A stretch of 62,988 bases of DNA, counting the filler, from Rhabdomonas costata (lineage: Eukaryota), in assembly GCA_019059605.1 (NCBI GenBank). It is 47 parts of 47 records of this genome, joined end to end, with 100 filler letters (N's around TTAATTAATTAA, not from the genome) between each part and the next. Parts side by side here need not be neighbours in the genome. Positions count along the whole stretch, not along the records: positions 22,833 to 24,075 come from JAHMHO010022192.1; positions 24,176 to 25,418 come from JAHMHO010022193.1; positions 25,519 to 26,761 come from JAHMHO010022194.1; positions 26,862 to 28,104 come from JAHMHO010022195.1; positions 28,205 to 29,447 come from JAHMHO010022196.1; positions 29,548 to 30,790 come from JAHMHO010022197.1; positions 30,891 to 32,132 come from JAHMHO010022198.1; positions 32,233 to 33,475 come from JAHMHO010022199.1; 39 more parts are not named here. One strand, written 5' to 3'. Below the pieces are notes generated by a model. The model did no database searches. It was not told the DNA's origin and saw only the letters and a program-made list of their open reading frames with translations. This document shows positions 23,762 through 37,601 of this stretch, in pieces. The number at the start of each line of letters is the position of its first letter. Positions within the stretch are counted from its first letter, which is position 1. A program made the translations under genes and the position numbers.

Positions 23762-24432
23762 CTATGCGCCACACAAACCGAAACCACCCCTCATACGCAA
23801 GGTCTTCTTCATTCCGGCGTGATTCCAGCGTGGACTGATGTGCGGAACAATAGCGGAGCATACGTAGTCATCCCTGCACAAGGGTCTTTAGAGGAAGTGA
23901 CTCAGTCACCGCGATTTGCAGAGACGCTTAAACCGGCGCCCCTCCATCCAACCCAACCCGGCCAACAAAGCTCAAAGGCTGTCACCACAAGCCATCGGCC
24001 CGCCGCTCACTTAAACTGCTTACAACGAATGCCCTGCATCCCCAGCGAAAAACGCAAGGAACGCACGATGTGCAGNNNNNNNNNNNNNNNNNNNNNNNNN
24101 NNNNNNNNNNNNNNNNNNNTTAATTAATTAANNNNNNNNNNNNNNNNNNNNNNNNNNNNNNNNNNNNNNNNNNNNGGGTGGGGTTCTCACGAGCTGAGTT
24201 GCTGCTTATCGCTGTTTTGAGTTAGGGAATGTTCTTGTTACCGGTGGTGTCGATTCCGTGGCGATTTCGCTCGTCGATTGTTGCGCCCTTCATCACCATA
24301 AGGGTGTGACGTACCAAGATAAAGTACAGATTTTAATAGCTCCTTCTCCATAATAGCTGTGCTCCTTGTGAGCTTTGGATTTGTTATGATGTGCCCACTG
24401 TGTGTGGGTGTCTGTGTTTTCTTTCGATCCAG

Positions 24433-24609
24433 CGGACTCGAGTGGCCAGCAGGGGTTCACTTGCGGGGTGGAAGACTGCGAGTATTACTGCCGCGGAATA
24501 GCGGAGTTTGAGGCCCACTACAACGCTGCTCATCGTTACGTCTGCCAGCTGGGCTGCGGCGCCTTTCCCAGTGCTGAGGCCCTGGACCGCCACCTGAGCT
24601 CCAGCCACG
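24433..24609 (+). CDS. ZNF511: ZNF511-like C2H2 zinc-finger exon
   Basis: FTCGVEDCEYYCRGIAEFEAHYNAAHRYVCQLGCGAFPSAEALDRHLSSSH, flanked by AG and GT. It matches the ZNF511 pattern FxCxVxxC...ExHYxxxH..C..C..FP...LDxH. Confidence 0.65.
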
Positions 24610-27044
24610 GTATCGCTTTCCCGACTGGCACAGGCTCCTGATCATCAGTGCCACTGTCGGCCCCATCGTGGAGTCTCCGACGGTACACCTCGTGTGCTCA
24701 TCTCAGCTCAATGCCCACCCAACGCACGAAGTCAGCGTTGTAGCCGCGTCGGAAGGCTGTTCTGGTTCACCGAAAAACGAAGTACTCAGAGCACAACATC
24801 AAAAGTTTTCCCAGTCGCTTGCAATGTTGAATCACGCGGAGATGGCGGGCAGAAGGGAAGGTTTGGATGATGGAGGATGCTTTTGGGCAATTGCAACACT
24901 CCTTTCCCTGACACGCATTGCATTGCATTGCATTACATTACAACTTAGACTTGCCTTTTGCATGTTTGTGTGCTGGGAGGTTTTTGAACGTTGGGTCTGA
25001 GTGCTTGCTTGCGTTTGCCTTTTCGCTCAATTCTGGATGACAAGATCTGTGGCACTGTGCAGCACCCGCTGTCTATAAAGTTGCTGGGTGGGCGGCATAC
25101 TTTCGGCTCTCAGCGGCACTCGACTCCGCTTGAATTCGAGCTCCCAGCAAATGCGGATTTTCTCGCAAGATTGCTAGCAACAAGATTCCACAAATCCTCA
25201 ACAGCCTCAACAGCCTCAACTTGTTTCCGTGCATTACGATTTGTATCGATGATTCTGTACATTCCCTCGTTGATTCTATCCTTGTTTGCTGAAGTTTGCT
25301 CCTGCGGATGGTGGCTGGCAATTGGATGCTTTGGAATTGCACCATAACATTAATTCTGTGATGCATAGCCATATGCAGATACCTGGTGCCGGCACCAAGC
25401 AGACTACGAAACCAACCCNNNNNNNNNNNNNNNNNNNNNNNNNNNNNNNNNNNNNNNNNNNNTTAATTAATTAANNNNNNNNNNNNNNNNNNNNNNNNNN
25501 NNNNNNNNNNNNNNNNNNGGATGCAGATGTCTCAAATGAGCACTCCCACTCACCCACACGCTCATTCACTCACTCGCTCACTCACCAGTTATGGCGGCGT
25601 CTCTGTATGGTTTGTTTGGCGGTCTTAGGGAGAGGTGGAAGAAAAAGCCCGGCTGGTGATCCTGAACTCCTTGAGACTCCCGATCTGGCACTTCGACGAG
25701 GTACTAGTTATTTTTGCCCGTGTGGCATCCTCACTCTCCTTCACTCTTCATCAGCGGCTTTCTGGCCCAAAGCTGTCACGAACTCAGAAGGAAATGCAAC
25801 CGGGAAGAGTAAGATGATGACCCTTCCCAAATGATAAGGGAAGGCTGTCCTCTTGTTCAGGTTCTAGATGTCGCAAGGTTCGCAAGAAATGCACCGATTG
25901 AAGGTCACTCTCACATCCGAGCCCCGTAGCCAGTGTTTTGGGGGCAGCTAATGATAACAGGCCTTCTCCCTTTGATCGCCATTGTCTAACCCCCCCACAA
26001 CCCCATATAGCAAAGAAGGCCAGTTTGCTGTTTTTTTTTTGCGCACAGCTCTGCATTTTCGATTTGCGGCATTAGCAGTACTAAATATGGTCCTTGGTCA
26101 AATGATTTGTCTTTTGAGCGCGAATGTATTTGTTGTGGCATCGAAATGGACAGACAGGTCATCACCCTTTTTGGTGCACTCCCCTCGCAAAGGTAGATGG
26201 ACTGAGGTTGACTTCCTGGGATCACGACCACGGGGAGTCTAACCCCAATTTGCTCTTTGACACTTTGACCCATTTGGACACGCCACATCATTTCTTGAAA
26301 TCTAACTGGCGACATTCAACAGATTTTCCATAGCTGGCAAGGGTGACAAGGCGGAGTGACCCAGCAGCCACCGATTCTTAGCATGCCCTTTCATGGACCA
26401 CAAGCACCCGCCCCCCTCCGGAACCCGCAGGTAAGTGATTTGGTTCCCGTCCGCGCGCTGGCGGCGTCGAAGACGCCGTCGAACCGGCTGCTTTTCAGCC
26501 TGTTTGACGTGTTCTGCTGCAAGGGGATCAACGAGTACCAGAACCTCTACACGGCTAACGCAGAGCTGGTGGAGCAGACTTGGGGTACGAACCAACCTGA
26601 CTCCCTTCGCTGAGTGCGGACGAGTCGAGTGAATTTCCATATGTCTGCTGTGCACTTGTCTGGGAACCACGATGTAAACAAAGTGAGGTTTGGATCCATC
26701 TGTTTCTGGTTAGGTACCCGACGCGTCGGGCATCTAACCAGAAACAGATGGACCCAAACCCNNNNNNNNNNNNNNNNNNNNNNNNNNNNNNNNNNNNNNN
26801 NNNNNTTAATTAATTAANNNNNNNNNNNNNNNNNNNNNNNNNNNNNNNNNNNNNNNNNNNNTTTTGGTTTTCCGCATTCTCCGTTCACTACCACCTCTGT
26901 ATTCGTTCATCCATCACGCGCGGATGCCCAGGACCTCTCCTCCGATCTCTTTCCTTATCTGCCCTTTCTGCTCTCTCTCTTCTCTAGCTCAATTGTTTCG
27001 TTCTCCGTGTCCGTGATGTATATATATCGTGCTAACAAAAACAA

Positions 27045-27448
27045 GGCTGAGGTCTTCCATGTTGAAGTTTGCAGTGAAGACGATCTCCGCTGCCGAAGCC
27101 GAGACCCTGCTGACTCTCTTGCCCGCCTACACCTTGCACGTGAGCAGCCAGCCGAGTTCTCTTCTGATGAAGGCATCTGTCCCACCCACATGCGCTCATC
27201 TCACATCTCTTCGGTGCCTCAAGGGAGCGTGCTACACAACAGCCGGAGCAGCGGTTTTCCCTTGGAGATGGATCGGAGCATTTTCCGAATTTCTCCCTCT
27301 ACACAGATCTGCGGACTGTACTGCTTAGTGCAGAGCAGTGGGCGGGCGCAGTACTGCCTGGTTTTCCGAGATACTTTTGATGGGAACATCATGAACGACA
27401 CCTTCCGGGTGCCTGTTGGTGCTCCCGCGCAGCCCAACCGCCGCGCAG
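27045..27448 (+). CDS. Unidentified protein-coding exon
   Basis: Open frame preceded by a ctaac branch-like motif plus aag, ending at a strong donor G|gtaaga. Confidence 0.45.
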
Positions 27449-28802
27449 GTAAGATGGTTTGCTCAGAGGTTGGGAGCCCATATAGCATAATTGCTGACTT
27501 TCCGTCCGTCCGTGGTTCCTAACAAGATAATATTTCCCGCTTCTCCTCAAAACTGAGTGTTGAAAACGTTTCGGACTTACAGAGGTCCGGAGGATGAAAA
27601 TTTCGTTTTTCACCCGTATTGTCCTACTGAATTCATCTGTGACAGTTTTACGTATGAATTTGCGTGTGTGTGAATTAGGGTGCCGTTTCTATCCAGAAAA
27701 ACACCTATTCTTCCACGCATTTTGCTGATAGTCGTTGGTTTAAGGCATTTGAAGGAACCTATTCAGTTTTAGGTGCATCAGATTTTTGACTTTTTGATGT
27801 TTGGGTGGAAAGCTGTCACTTTTGAGATGAAACGGGCCCATATATATAGCGGCGTGGAGTGAAGGCCACAGTCACCGCACCTCTGTTTACTGCTGAAACT
27901 GCTGAGGTAGTGTTTGATATTGCTTCATAGCTCCCTTTGATCACTGCACTGTGGTGTGTCAGCCTTTGTCTCTCTCTCTTTTATGCACAGTGGTGTCTCC
28001 TTCCACGGCAGAGTCCGTCAGCAGCGCAACCAGCTCAGGGCCCCTGCAAGTGGAAGGAGACACCACTGTGCATAAAAGAGAGAGAGACAAAGGCTGACAC
28101 ACCCNNNNNNNNNNNNNNNNNNNNNNNNNNNNNNNNNNNNNNNNNNNNTTAATTAATTAANNNNNNNNNNNNNNNNNNNNNNNNNNNNNNNNNNNNNNNN
28201 NNNNACAACAACCTGATCAACAGCGCGCCGGATCCTCTCCTTGTCAGAAACCAGCTCGAAGACCTGTTATCAACCCCCACATGGTATCAATGTCATCTCA
28301 GTTGTCCAGCTTTCAAGAAACCCCATGGCGTGAGAAGCAAATGCTTCTTTCGGAGGAGCATGTACGCCACTTTCGAAAATGGAGTTGACCGTTTAGCACC
28401 AAGGCAGGAATCCTATATATAATTTCGTATTGTTCAGCTAAAAGCGCATAGACACACAAGCACTGTGAGCCCACGACAGCGTGACGCGAGAAACAAAATG
28501 CATGTGATTCAAACAAGTCGAAAGAAAACCGCAGAGTGCAGGTAACGGTCAGGATATGGCGATATTGCCCCGACAGGCAAAGTCTGATTGAGGGCACATA
28601 TCCGCTTCAACAGTCAAGGTACAGTCAAGTGCACCACCACCCGAGAGCGCGCATGAGCGCAGGGAAACAGAAACAGAAACAACAGCCCCAACCAATGCCT
28701 CACAGGCTCACAGACCTGCCTCCTCGAAGACTCAGAGCGAACGTCTTACCCCGTAACAATCAAGGGGACGCAGATTGAGGTAAGGGTGAGCGAGTGGCAT
28801 AC

Positions 28803-28920
28803 TTTGTAGTACTCGTCCAGCAGCGCCACCTCAGCGGAGGGTCGCCGGCCAGGGTCGTCTTGCAACAGCGCCCGCAGCAGCTCCAACAGCGGAGAGGGGA
28901 ACCCGTTAGCCGACAGAAAG
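28803..28920 (-). CDS. Protein kinase subdomain XI exon
   Basis: FPSPLLELLRALLQDDPGRRPSAEVALLDEYY (LL..DP..RPSA..AL), bounded by cgcag and gtatgc. This frame is not in the ORF track. Confidence 0.75.
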
Positions 28921-30100
28921 CTGCGTAAACAGCCAAAAGAGGAGCGGTGACCGGGGTTTTTTGAATACAGTGTTCGTGCATACGAGTGCGTGCACGCGTC
29001 TGGAAGTCGACTGTGAGAATAAGACTGCCTGGCACCGACAGTGATAGCTAAAACGGTCGTGCAGATCTCTTCTTATTCTAGCCCCTCCCCCTTATGGAGC
29101 TGGCTGTTTCCCCCACCTACTGCCAAAGTTCCATTCCAGCATTCTACATTCCAGCAGAAAAAATATCCGAGCACATAAGCACATGTTGGATGAGAATCGC
29201 AGCACTCTCGGAAACAAGTCCAAGCCTACAAACAGAGCGGAACGCAAGAAGCAAGAAGCAGATCAAGCAGATCAGTGGCATTACCTCAAACACCCAGAAA
29301 TTAGAACCTCCAGTGCCACAAGCAGAGATCACATAGACGGATCAAATGAGAAAGAAACCTTTGATAATGGACAACTTGCCGCAAAAACACCATGCACTGG
29401 CGAACGAAGGTGCACGCCTATGAAGATCAAGAGTAGCTCTGAAAAATNNNNNNNNNNNNNNNNNNNNNNNNNNNNNNNNNNNNNNNNNNNNTTAATTAAT
29501 TAANNNNNNNNNNNNNNNNNNNNNNNNNNNNNNNNNNNNNNNNNNNNCGGAGGCTGAACTGGAGCCAGTACCCCTCCCCGAGGGTCCGCGAGGTCCGCTC
29601 TCGGAATGGATAGGGTCTGGTGGCATACGCTGCGAAGTACCACAGCGCCATATTCACACACAAAGGCCTCTTTTCCCTCCCATGAGATCAGGCAAAAGAC
29701 TGCTTTCAGGAGTATCGCCCGAGAGCAGATGGGCTAATAGGCCATCCTCTTGTAAAAACGGGCCCTACAGAAACCATAACCGCAAACCGCCGCTCTCTGT
29801 CAAAGCTTCAAACGAGAAGAACAGCTCAGGGATTCCAGGGATTCCTGAGCAGCCTTTTTTGCAATTGCAAAAAAATGCGATTAAAATTCCAAATGAATTG
29901 CCAAAAATGCTCTCCCTGGTTCAATGATGGAAAAAGAATTTTTGGCTGAGGTATTTTTTGATTTACAGAGAACGTATTTTTAATATTGTAAAGTATTGTA
30001 AAGAAGCTGACAATCAGGCTTCTTTACAGTGTGCCGTATGCTCGTAATGTCTTACGTTTTTCACCTCGAAAATGGTTGTAATCTTGAGATCGGAGCTCAG

Positions 30101-30387
30101 GAATTCAAGAAGACCTGCTTTGGTGTCGGCACCATCACAATGTTTTGATGGAATTTGGGAATCCCACACTCGCTCCGGTGGGGTTCCAGTGGACAGCACT
30201 GCTTGCGGTTGCGGCGTACCTGGCGCTTATTATGGCGAAGATTGTGATGATTTACAAGAGCGGCGCCTACTCCATAAACAGCTTCTGGGGGATGGACACT
30301 TGCGTCCTTTTCGTGGGGCTGATGATTCTCGTGGTGTTGGTCGTGCGCCTGCTGACTATTCCTGTGATCCGCGAGGATGTGCTGAAG
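30101..30387 (+). CDS. Membrane protein exon with two hydrophobic segments
   Basis: WTALLAVAAYLALIMAKIVMIY and CVLFVGLMILVVLVVRLL; ends at AAG|gtaagt. Confidence 0.55.
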
Positions 30388-33300
30388 GTAAGTGTGTGCG
30401 TGGGTGTGCGTGCATGCGTGTGGAGCTTCTGTGAGTTGTACTTACTGGCTACTCTCTTGCGGCACTGCACTGAGCTGCCATGGAATCCATCAGTGGGCCC
30501 TTCGGAACTGTGTAGAAGCTCCCTTTTACATTGCTGGGCGTTGATTTTTCGACGGCGATTCTCGTCACGGTTGTTTAGCATCGGTCACAAGCATTGGGAA
30601 GGTTATGCAGGGCCTGTGATTTTGCGTTGCGCATTTTGAGCATGTGAGGTTGCGAAGCATTCTTCTGCTTGGACGAGGGAAGCTGCGCCGCCTCAGCGTT
30701 TGTTCCTCAAAATGTTGATGGCTTGCTACACCAGAGCTTGTCACCGATGCTAAACAACCGTGACGAGAATTGCCGTCGAAAAATCAACCCNNNNNNNNNN
30801 NNNNNNNNNNNNNNNNNNNNNNNNNNNNNNNNNNTTAATTAATTAANNNNNNNNNNNNNNNNNNNNNNNNNNNNNNNNNNNNNNNNNNNNTGTTTTTTTC
30901 CGTTACAGCACAAATAGCCAAAGTCCTGCTCACAGAAAGGGAAAGGTGGACGACCCATTTCAGGAAACAATAAGGAAGCATCAAGGATGGCATGGGGGGG
31001 GGGGTTGTCGTGCACCTTACAGGATCGAATCAGATTTTTAGCGTACGTTCGGCTCTGATGTGGTTCGGAATGCCAACGAACTCGGTTGACGAGGTTCCTG
31101 ATTAGAGTTGGTTTAAAAAAACCATCTGCAGTTGAGTTTCCCCCGAAAATCCTCAATGCAGTCCAAAAGTATCGCATCTCGGTACAAAACGACGCGCAAG
31201 ATAAAAGTTTCACAAGATCAAAGTCACTCGCCAGTCTCCGCAGTATGGATCCTTGGCAAACCAAAATCAAATACCCCTCCACTCAAAGAACACGCCCTCC
31301 CATAGGGAAAGCCACACTCGCTGCGCATTTCCACGGCTCCTCAGAACCCTATCGCCAAGCGGCAAATACAAAGACGGGAGACTGCACGGGTTCCCAACGC
31401 ACAGTTCTGAACATGAGCCCCCTCGGGACTGTCCTTTCAGAGATGAGCATCCCCAAAATCCCGGTTCACCCCGACACGTGCGTCATGGACGGTCTCCATC
31501 GGATTCCGGCTGTACCACTCCTTCTCTATTCCAAGGGCGTCTATTTACACCTAACACGGGCGGCGGCCGGAGAGTCCCCCGTACTTCGTCGTGGGGACCG
31601 CATGCTGTTGTTGCGAACTGAAGCCACAACTGCTGCTGCTATTGGGCTGGTCTTGGTCCTGCACTCCACTCAAATCAGTGGGTGGGTGTGAATACATGTC
31701 TCCCTGAGGATGGGGTGAAGTTAGGAGGCAGAGGGCCTAAGCAGGCCCACAAACCAGCCCCACCGTGGAGCGGCAGAAGAGCTGCTTCCCACCGGCAGCG
31801 GAGGAGACTCTGTGAGAGGGCGTGAGTGAAGGCACTTATGAACAAGCGCTGGGTTCGGCCCTCACCACCACCTCGACGCCCAAACCACTATCCCTCATAT
31901 TGCTGTATCACTCGCGCTTGCTCTGGGTTCAAGTGACCATTCCTCTACCCGAGCAGCACCCTCCGAAGTTGGGCATAAAAGAGTGTGTGTCAATCGATGC
32001 GTGCGTTCCTGTGGTATGTCATAGCGGGTTTCACGGCAACTAAACCCCAGCGATCACCGGAACGCGCATAAGCATCCGCCCCGAGCCACCCCACACGTAT
32101 ATACACACACCCCAACCAACCACACCCAACACNNNNNNNNNNNNNNNNNNNNNNNNNNNNNNNNNNNNNNNNNNNNTTAATTAATTAANNNNNNNNNNNN
32201 NNNNNNNNNNNNNNNNNNNNNNNNNNNNNNNNGCATTCCCTTTGTTCCTTCCGATCCGGCTTTGCACTCCCAAGTAAGTATCCAGGTCTCGTGTGTGTAT
32301 TCTTATGGTGTGTTGGTGTCGAAGTGTGTCGTTGTGTCCGTTTCAGAGGTCTGTAGCAACCACGCTCTCTGTGTCAGTCATGCCGTGTGTCTACCAAGCC
32401 ACCGTCCCTGTTTCCGTCTGTCGTGTGTGGTTTCATGTCCTCTGTTAGCGTATGGTGTATGGTGGTGTCATGGTAGTCGTAGGGTTGGTGCTTCTGTTGT
32501 TGTGTCGTAGTGTCAGCGCTTGTTGTGTTCTTGCTGTCATGGTGTTACGCGATGTGTTAGTGCTTATGATGTGTCGATGCTGGTGGGTTGAGGGCTGATG
32601 TTGGGATGTTGGGTTCGTGTGTATGGGTTAGTGTTGATGGGTTTGTGGGGTTAGAGGTGTTGGCATGGCTTGGTTGAGTGCATTCTGTGTTTGTGTTCTT
32701 CGCGCTTCTGATGTGGTAGTGTGGATGTTGTTGGTGAGTTATGGCGTAAGTGTAACGGTATCAGCATGACTTTGAGTGAAGAATGCAGTAACTCAGCATG
32801 ACTGTAGGGGAAAGAATGCCTTGATAGAGAGAAAGAACCCTCCTACTCCGCCACGCTCCGTCTCATCATCCTTCCTTCAATTCTACTACGCATTGCTGGT
32901 TGACGCACCCATGCTTCGTACCTTCTATGCATTCTACCCTCTATGCATTCCTGGGTGATGGTGTTCTGTCTTTACTTCTACCACATACGGTCATGCCTCC
33001 TTTGTCGACATGCCCTCCGTCACCTCTACCTGTATTTTTGTTCCTGTGGCTACGCCCAGACGGAGCATCATGTAAGCCCCTTATGGGATGAAAGGATGCA
33101 TAGTGACAGGTATACATGATGCATCTTCTTGTCGGCATGTCCTCCACTGCGTTGCGGCCATGCCTCCTACTATCCACACTCGATGCCAGCTCGTGGGGCC
33201 CCTGTTGTATGAAGACCACCCTACTGGTGACGCTCTCGCTACAATCCTCACTTCTGCCACCCTCTGGTTTTGCGCCTGCTCTTTCGCCTCCGCGCTTCTC

Positions 33301-33613
33301 CCTTGCAACAAAATTACAACGCACAACCAACACAAGCACGAAAAAATGTAATCAAAGAAGAAGATCAATCATCGCTGGGCACAAACTCAACAAACGAACC
33401 TACACGTGAGCATCAATGATTGCACTTATCATCGCAAGCCTTTATCTCTGCGTGGGCTGCTGGCTGGTCTGGCCTNNNNNNNNNNNNNNNNNNNNNNNNN
33501 NNNNNNNNNNNNNNNNNNNTTAATTAATTAANNNNNNNNNNNNNNNNNNNNNNNNNNNNNNNNNNNNNNNNNNNNAGTTTCTTTTTAACAGCACCTCCCC
33601 ACAACTTCTCACG

Positions 33614-34818
33614 ATGCTATCCCATTCCCTTGCGGACAGAATTGCTGCTTTCCACGCAATTCCAGGGGTCTCCATTCAGCAAGGCCTTGAAACAGGCGGT
33701 TTCCAAGAGACGGCCATCCATTGTGTCGTTCTCCACGTTTCTACGGCTAGTATGGAGGTGGCCTTTCACAAGGCCAAGCCCGGGCAGCCTTTTCAGAAGA
33801 CCCCCAAGGTGGAGGCAAAAAAAATGGTTCCGAGCATGATCATTTTCATGGATCTGCAGGGCAAAACGGGGGCAGTGCAGATGCCAAAGGAAATTGCCGG
33901 AGCTGTCGTCTCCCAGGAAGACCTGCTGCAGCCTGGTGCAGGTATTATTTCTTTTTCATCAACGGAATTTTTTCAATCAACTTGTAGACCAATTCTTCTT
34001 TTGCAATTTATAGCCCTCGTGATGCTGCATCGAACGCACGAGGAGATATGGACAAGCCCAATGGTGAACATGGTGTATATGGCCCCAGGGGATGTTCCAG
34101 TGAAAATGACGGATGTGTTCTCCGATTTCAACCCTTTTAATCATTTCTGTGGAGCAGCCAAGGCTGGTCTAGTCCCGCAGGACGACCAGGCATGGGCTTC
34201 CGGCTTACTCTTCGGGTGCGAAGTCGTGGGAGTGCGGATGGACGCCACTTTCCAGTACGAGGGGTGCGGAAACGCAACTTGCGAAGGGACGCACGCCTTC
34301 ACGCCGACTCTTTCGTGCTGCCCAGTCTGCCCACTGTATGTTAACACCCTCTTCACAAAATGCGCAGCTTTACATTTGATAATCATGCTTCATACCTTGC
34401 TATTTTCTACAATTTAGGTCCAAAAGAGCGCTCCAGCACTACGTGGAGTTTACCGTTGTCATGAAGACGCCAAACGGCTCTAGTGAGGATTTCGTATTCA
34501 AAGGACGTCGTGCTCTACAGTTTCTTTCTGGCCCTTGGTCAGCGCACGGTTACAAGCTTCCTCTGGTTTACGGGCCAAATGGAATCAACGCAAAGATTGC
34601 AGAAAGATTCCCCCCAACCTCCAAATTTGATGTTGTTGGGTGGGCGAGATTCCGAAACGTGGAGAGTCTCCCAGGCCTCTACGGAAAGAGCGACATCCAC
34701 GTGGTGCTGTTCAAGCCCAGCGATGACAACTCCTGGCCAATACAGCTACCGGAGCCAATACCTGGAAACCAAGCCCCCAAAACGCCATGCCAAATGTATG
34801 GCTTTCCCCGATGGAAGT
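33614..34818 (+). CDS. Divergent RPA70-C-like OB-fold/zinc-ribbon protein; introns 33942-34013 and 34336-34417
   Basis: Spliced YEGCGNATC...CPVCPL|SKRALQHYVEFTVVMKTPNGSSEDFVFKGRRALQFL parallels RPA1 DBD-C (YxxC..C...C..C...Y.L...D.TG....F...A..LL). Both AT-rich GT-AG introns preserve the frame. Confidence 0.55.
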
Positions 34819-35321
34819 NNNNNNNNNNNNNNNNNNNNNNNNNNNNNNNNNNNNNNNNNNNNTTAATTAATTAANNNNNNNNNNNNNNNNNNNNNNNNNN
34901 NNNNNNNNNNNNNNNNNNATGCCTAAGCTGTTGGCATACTGTATAACGGCGTTAAACCATACAGCCCCACTCCCCACTCCTCACTCCCCAAATAGACCGG
35001 ACCCGTATGCGGTATAACGCTGTTACATCATGCTGTGTGCAGTTCTGCAGTTGCGTGGAAATGCATATTTCTGCTATTAGCCTGTGTTTTCTCATCGCTC
35101 CCTCCCTCCCTCTCTCCCTGCGATCGTCCATCAAGTCATACCTCATCCTCACTCTCATTCTCACTAGATTCTCCTCTCACGTGATGTATTCGTGCATTGG
35201 TAAGGGTGTTAGTGCATGTTCTCGGTTGATCGATGATCGATTCGATTGCCGATGTTCGATTGACATTGTGTGTGCTCCTTTCTTCCGTCTTTGCTCTGTG
35301 TGGTGGTGGTGGGGCATGCAG

Positions 35322-36003
35322 CGACAACCCCAGCTGCGCGGACGAGGAGTTTGATAGCCTTTTGGATGAGGAGGACCCCGGGATGAACGCGGTACTGTTT
35401 TTCCGTCTTGAAAGAACAACAGAGAGAGCAGCCTCTGCTTTTCCTGAAGTTCTGTCTCTCATACTTGGTCCTCAGAGTGCGCGCATCGTGCGCCGCCTAC
35501 GTCTGTGGTCACATGCGGGAAGGTTTTCTGTTTTTTTGTGATGAGACAACTGCACATCGAGGTATTTGCAGCCTGATTCTAGATTTCCTGACTCGGAAAG
35601 CAACTTTCAAGCTGTTGTACAGCATGACTTTTTTTTTTTGCTCTTTCCGCTTTATTGCATTTTCTGGGTCATTTCAGGTGGTGTCCTTTGACCTGAAGGC
35701 CGACCCGTTGCAGGGGACGAAGCTCAACTCCTCTCCTCGTGTGGCCATTCTCAGAGAACAGGGTCCGTGTGCGCTCTGCCGTGCGTGCGCAACTTTCTTT
35801 TCGAAGAGAGCTGGATGCCGGTGCACTGTGTTTCCGCGGATCCGGGGGGATTTCGCACCTCCTTGCACTTAAGGTGTCAATGGGCACGTGGAGATGGCCT
35901 ACGCCTTTGCCCGGGTGGGCTTCTCCGCGGTGGACGTGCACATGTCGGACCTGTTGGAAGGGCGCACCGATCTGAGCGAGTTCCGTGGGCTGGTGGCATG
36001 CGG
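35322..36003 (+). CDS. PFAS: Phosphoribosylformylglycinamidine synthase (large PurL/Ade6), partial; exons 35322-35391, 35678-35762, 35874-36003
   Basis: [10 protein letters not shown]...[24 protein letters not shown]...[28 protein letters not shown]. Confidence 0.95.
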
Positions 36004-36662
36004 GTCTTGCTCCGCCCGCTCCCTTCTGCATCCCCAGACCCTCCCTCCCTCCTTCTTCCGGGCTGCTTCATGCTGTTTCGTTCACGTGATGGATACACAC
36101 TGAAAGCTCACCATTTCCAACGCACTGTGAACTTTATCAATTTGCTCACTTGCTNNNNNNNNNNNNNNNNNNNNNNNNNNNNNNNNNNNNNNNNNNNNTT
36201 AATTAATTAANNNNNNNNNNNNNNNNNNNNNNNNNNNNNNNNNNNNNNNNNNNNCTGCGCCTAAAATTACTGACGTTGCTCTGGGACTCGGGGGCGTCTG
36301 GCAGAAGTACGTAGAGTACATTACCCCAGTTTAGCTTCGAAGTCTGATTCAGAGTGTACTTTTTTTCTGTTGTGACTTTTGTGAGCTGACGCGGACAATA
36401 ATAATACAGCCATGATACGTCATCTGTTTGTTTTTCCACTGCCCAGAGTTAAGTGGGACACCTGGGCTGTCACCAGATGCAATATAATCTTGCAACCAGA
36501 CATATAAATCATTGCTGGTACACCGGCGTGCTAGTGGGCGGACGGTGTGCAAGTCTACAGTTCTTTCGCTTATCAAAACCAAGCCCGATGTAAAGCAAGC
36601 GTAACGAAAAAAACAGAAAATGGCTTGGGTCGTTTCTCGGCGAGTTCCACTATGCGGCCATG

Positions 36663-36788
36663 CAACTCACCTCATACCACCAAATATAATGAATGAGCCC
36701 CAACTCGTCACTCTAGCTCGAGTTCTGAGGTCAATGTTAGGTCTTCTCCGGTCGGAGTGACCATGACTCATGTCACCCAGCGAATAGG
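36663..36788 (+). repeat. Dispersed repeat, copy 2 (homologous to 10790-10932, minus strand)
   Basis: Same collinear blocks as copy 1, with substitutions and indels. Confidence 0.9.
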
Positions 36789-37601
36789 GTGTGGTTTTGG
36801 GGCGAAATAATCGGTCCTACCCGAGGCCCCCGACGATTGGTGAGGTTCCGGAGGCCAGCTGAAGAGCCTAGACAGGCACAGCTTGTTGAACCTCCAGAAC
36901 ACAGAACAGCGAGTAGAGAAAGAACCAAAAAAACTCTATCAGTGCAAATGCAAAAGAGAACATTCATTCAAAAAAAAAACATTGTAAAAACGATCCCATC
37001 GGCAAACCGCGAGCTTGCTAACTTGAAGGAAGGATCCTGTTCCGCGATGGCTTCTGAAGTAGCCCTGAAGTAGAATAAAGTACATCGGGCTTCACTCCCT
37101 CGCTCGATCAAGGATTTACCATGGCCTTTTCTCTGGTGCAAGCCCGTAAAAACACACCCAGCGCTATAGTTCAGGGCGGGGATGAAAGTAAGTGATCGTG
37201 TTTTTTACCTGATCCACGTGTGCCCACGAACCGGCCAGCCGACGTGTTGACCGTAACCCGAATTTGGCGGGATATATAGCAAAGTGCGCAAATGTGCTTT
37301 GCCACAACGGAGACTTCCATTCTTAACAACCAGCACCTCAAACAACCTTTGTAAAACAAGAGGTCCTCCGCGACGAGGGCTGCACAACATCTAAACCAAA
37401 TCGCAAAACATACAAACAAAAAAAGGAAGGAATCCTTGAAGCTTCGCCGTCTGGCATCCCCGATACTCTAACATCCAACTGAATAAAACCACAACAANNN
37501 NNNNNNNNNNNNNNNNNNNNNNNNNNNNNNNNNNNNNNNNNTTAATTAATTAANNNNNNNNNNNNNNNNNNNNNNNNNNNNNNNNNNNNNNNNNNNNTTT
37601 T

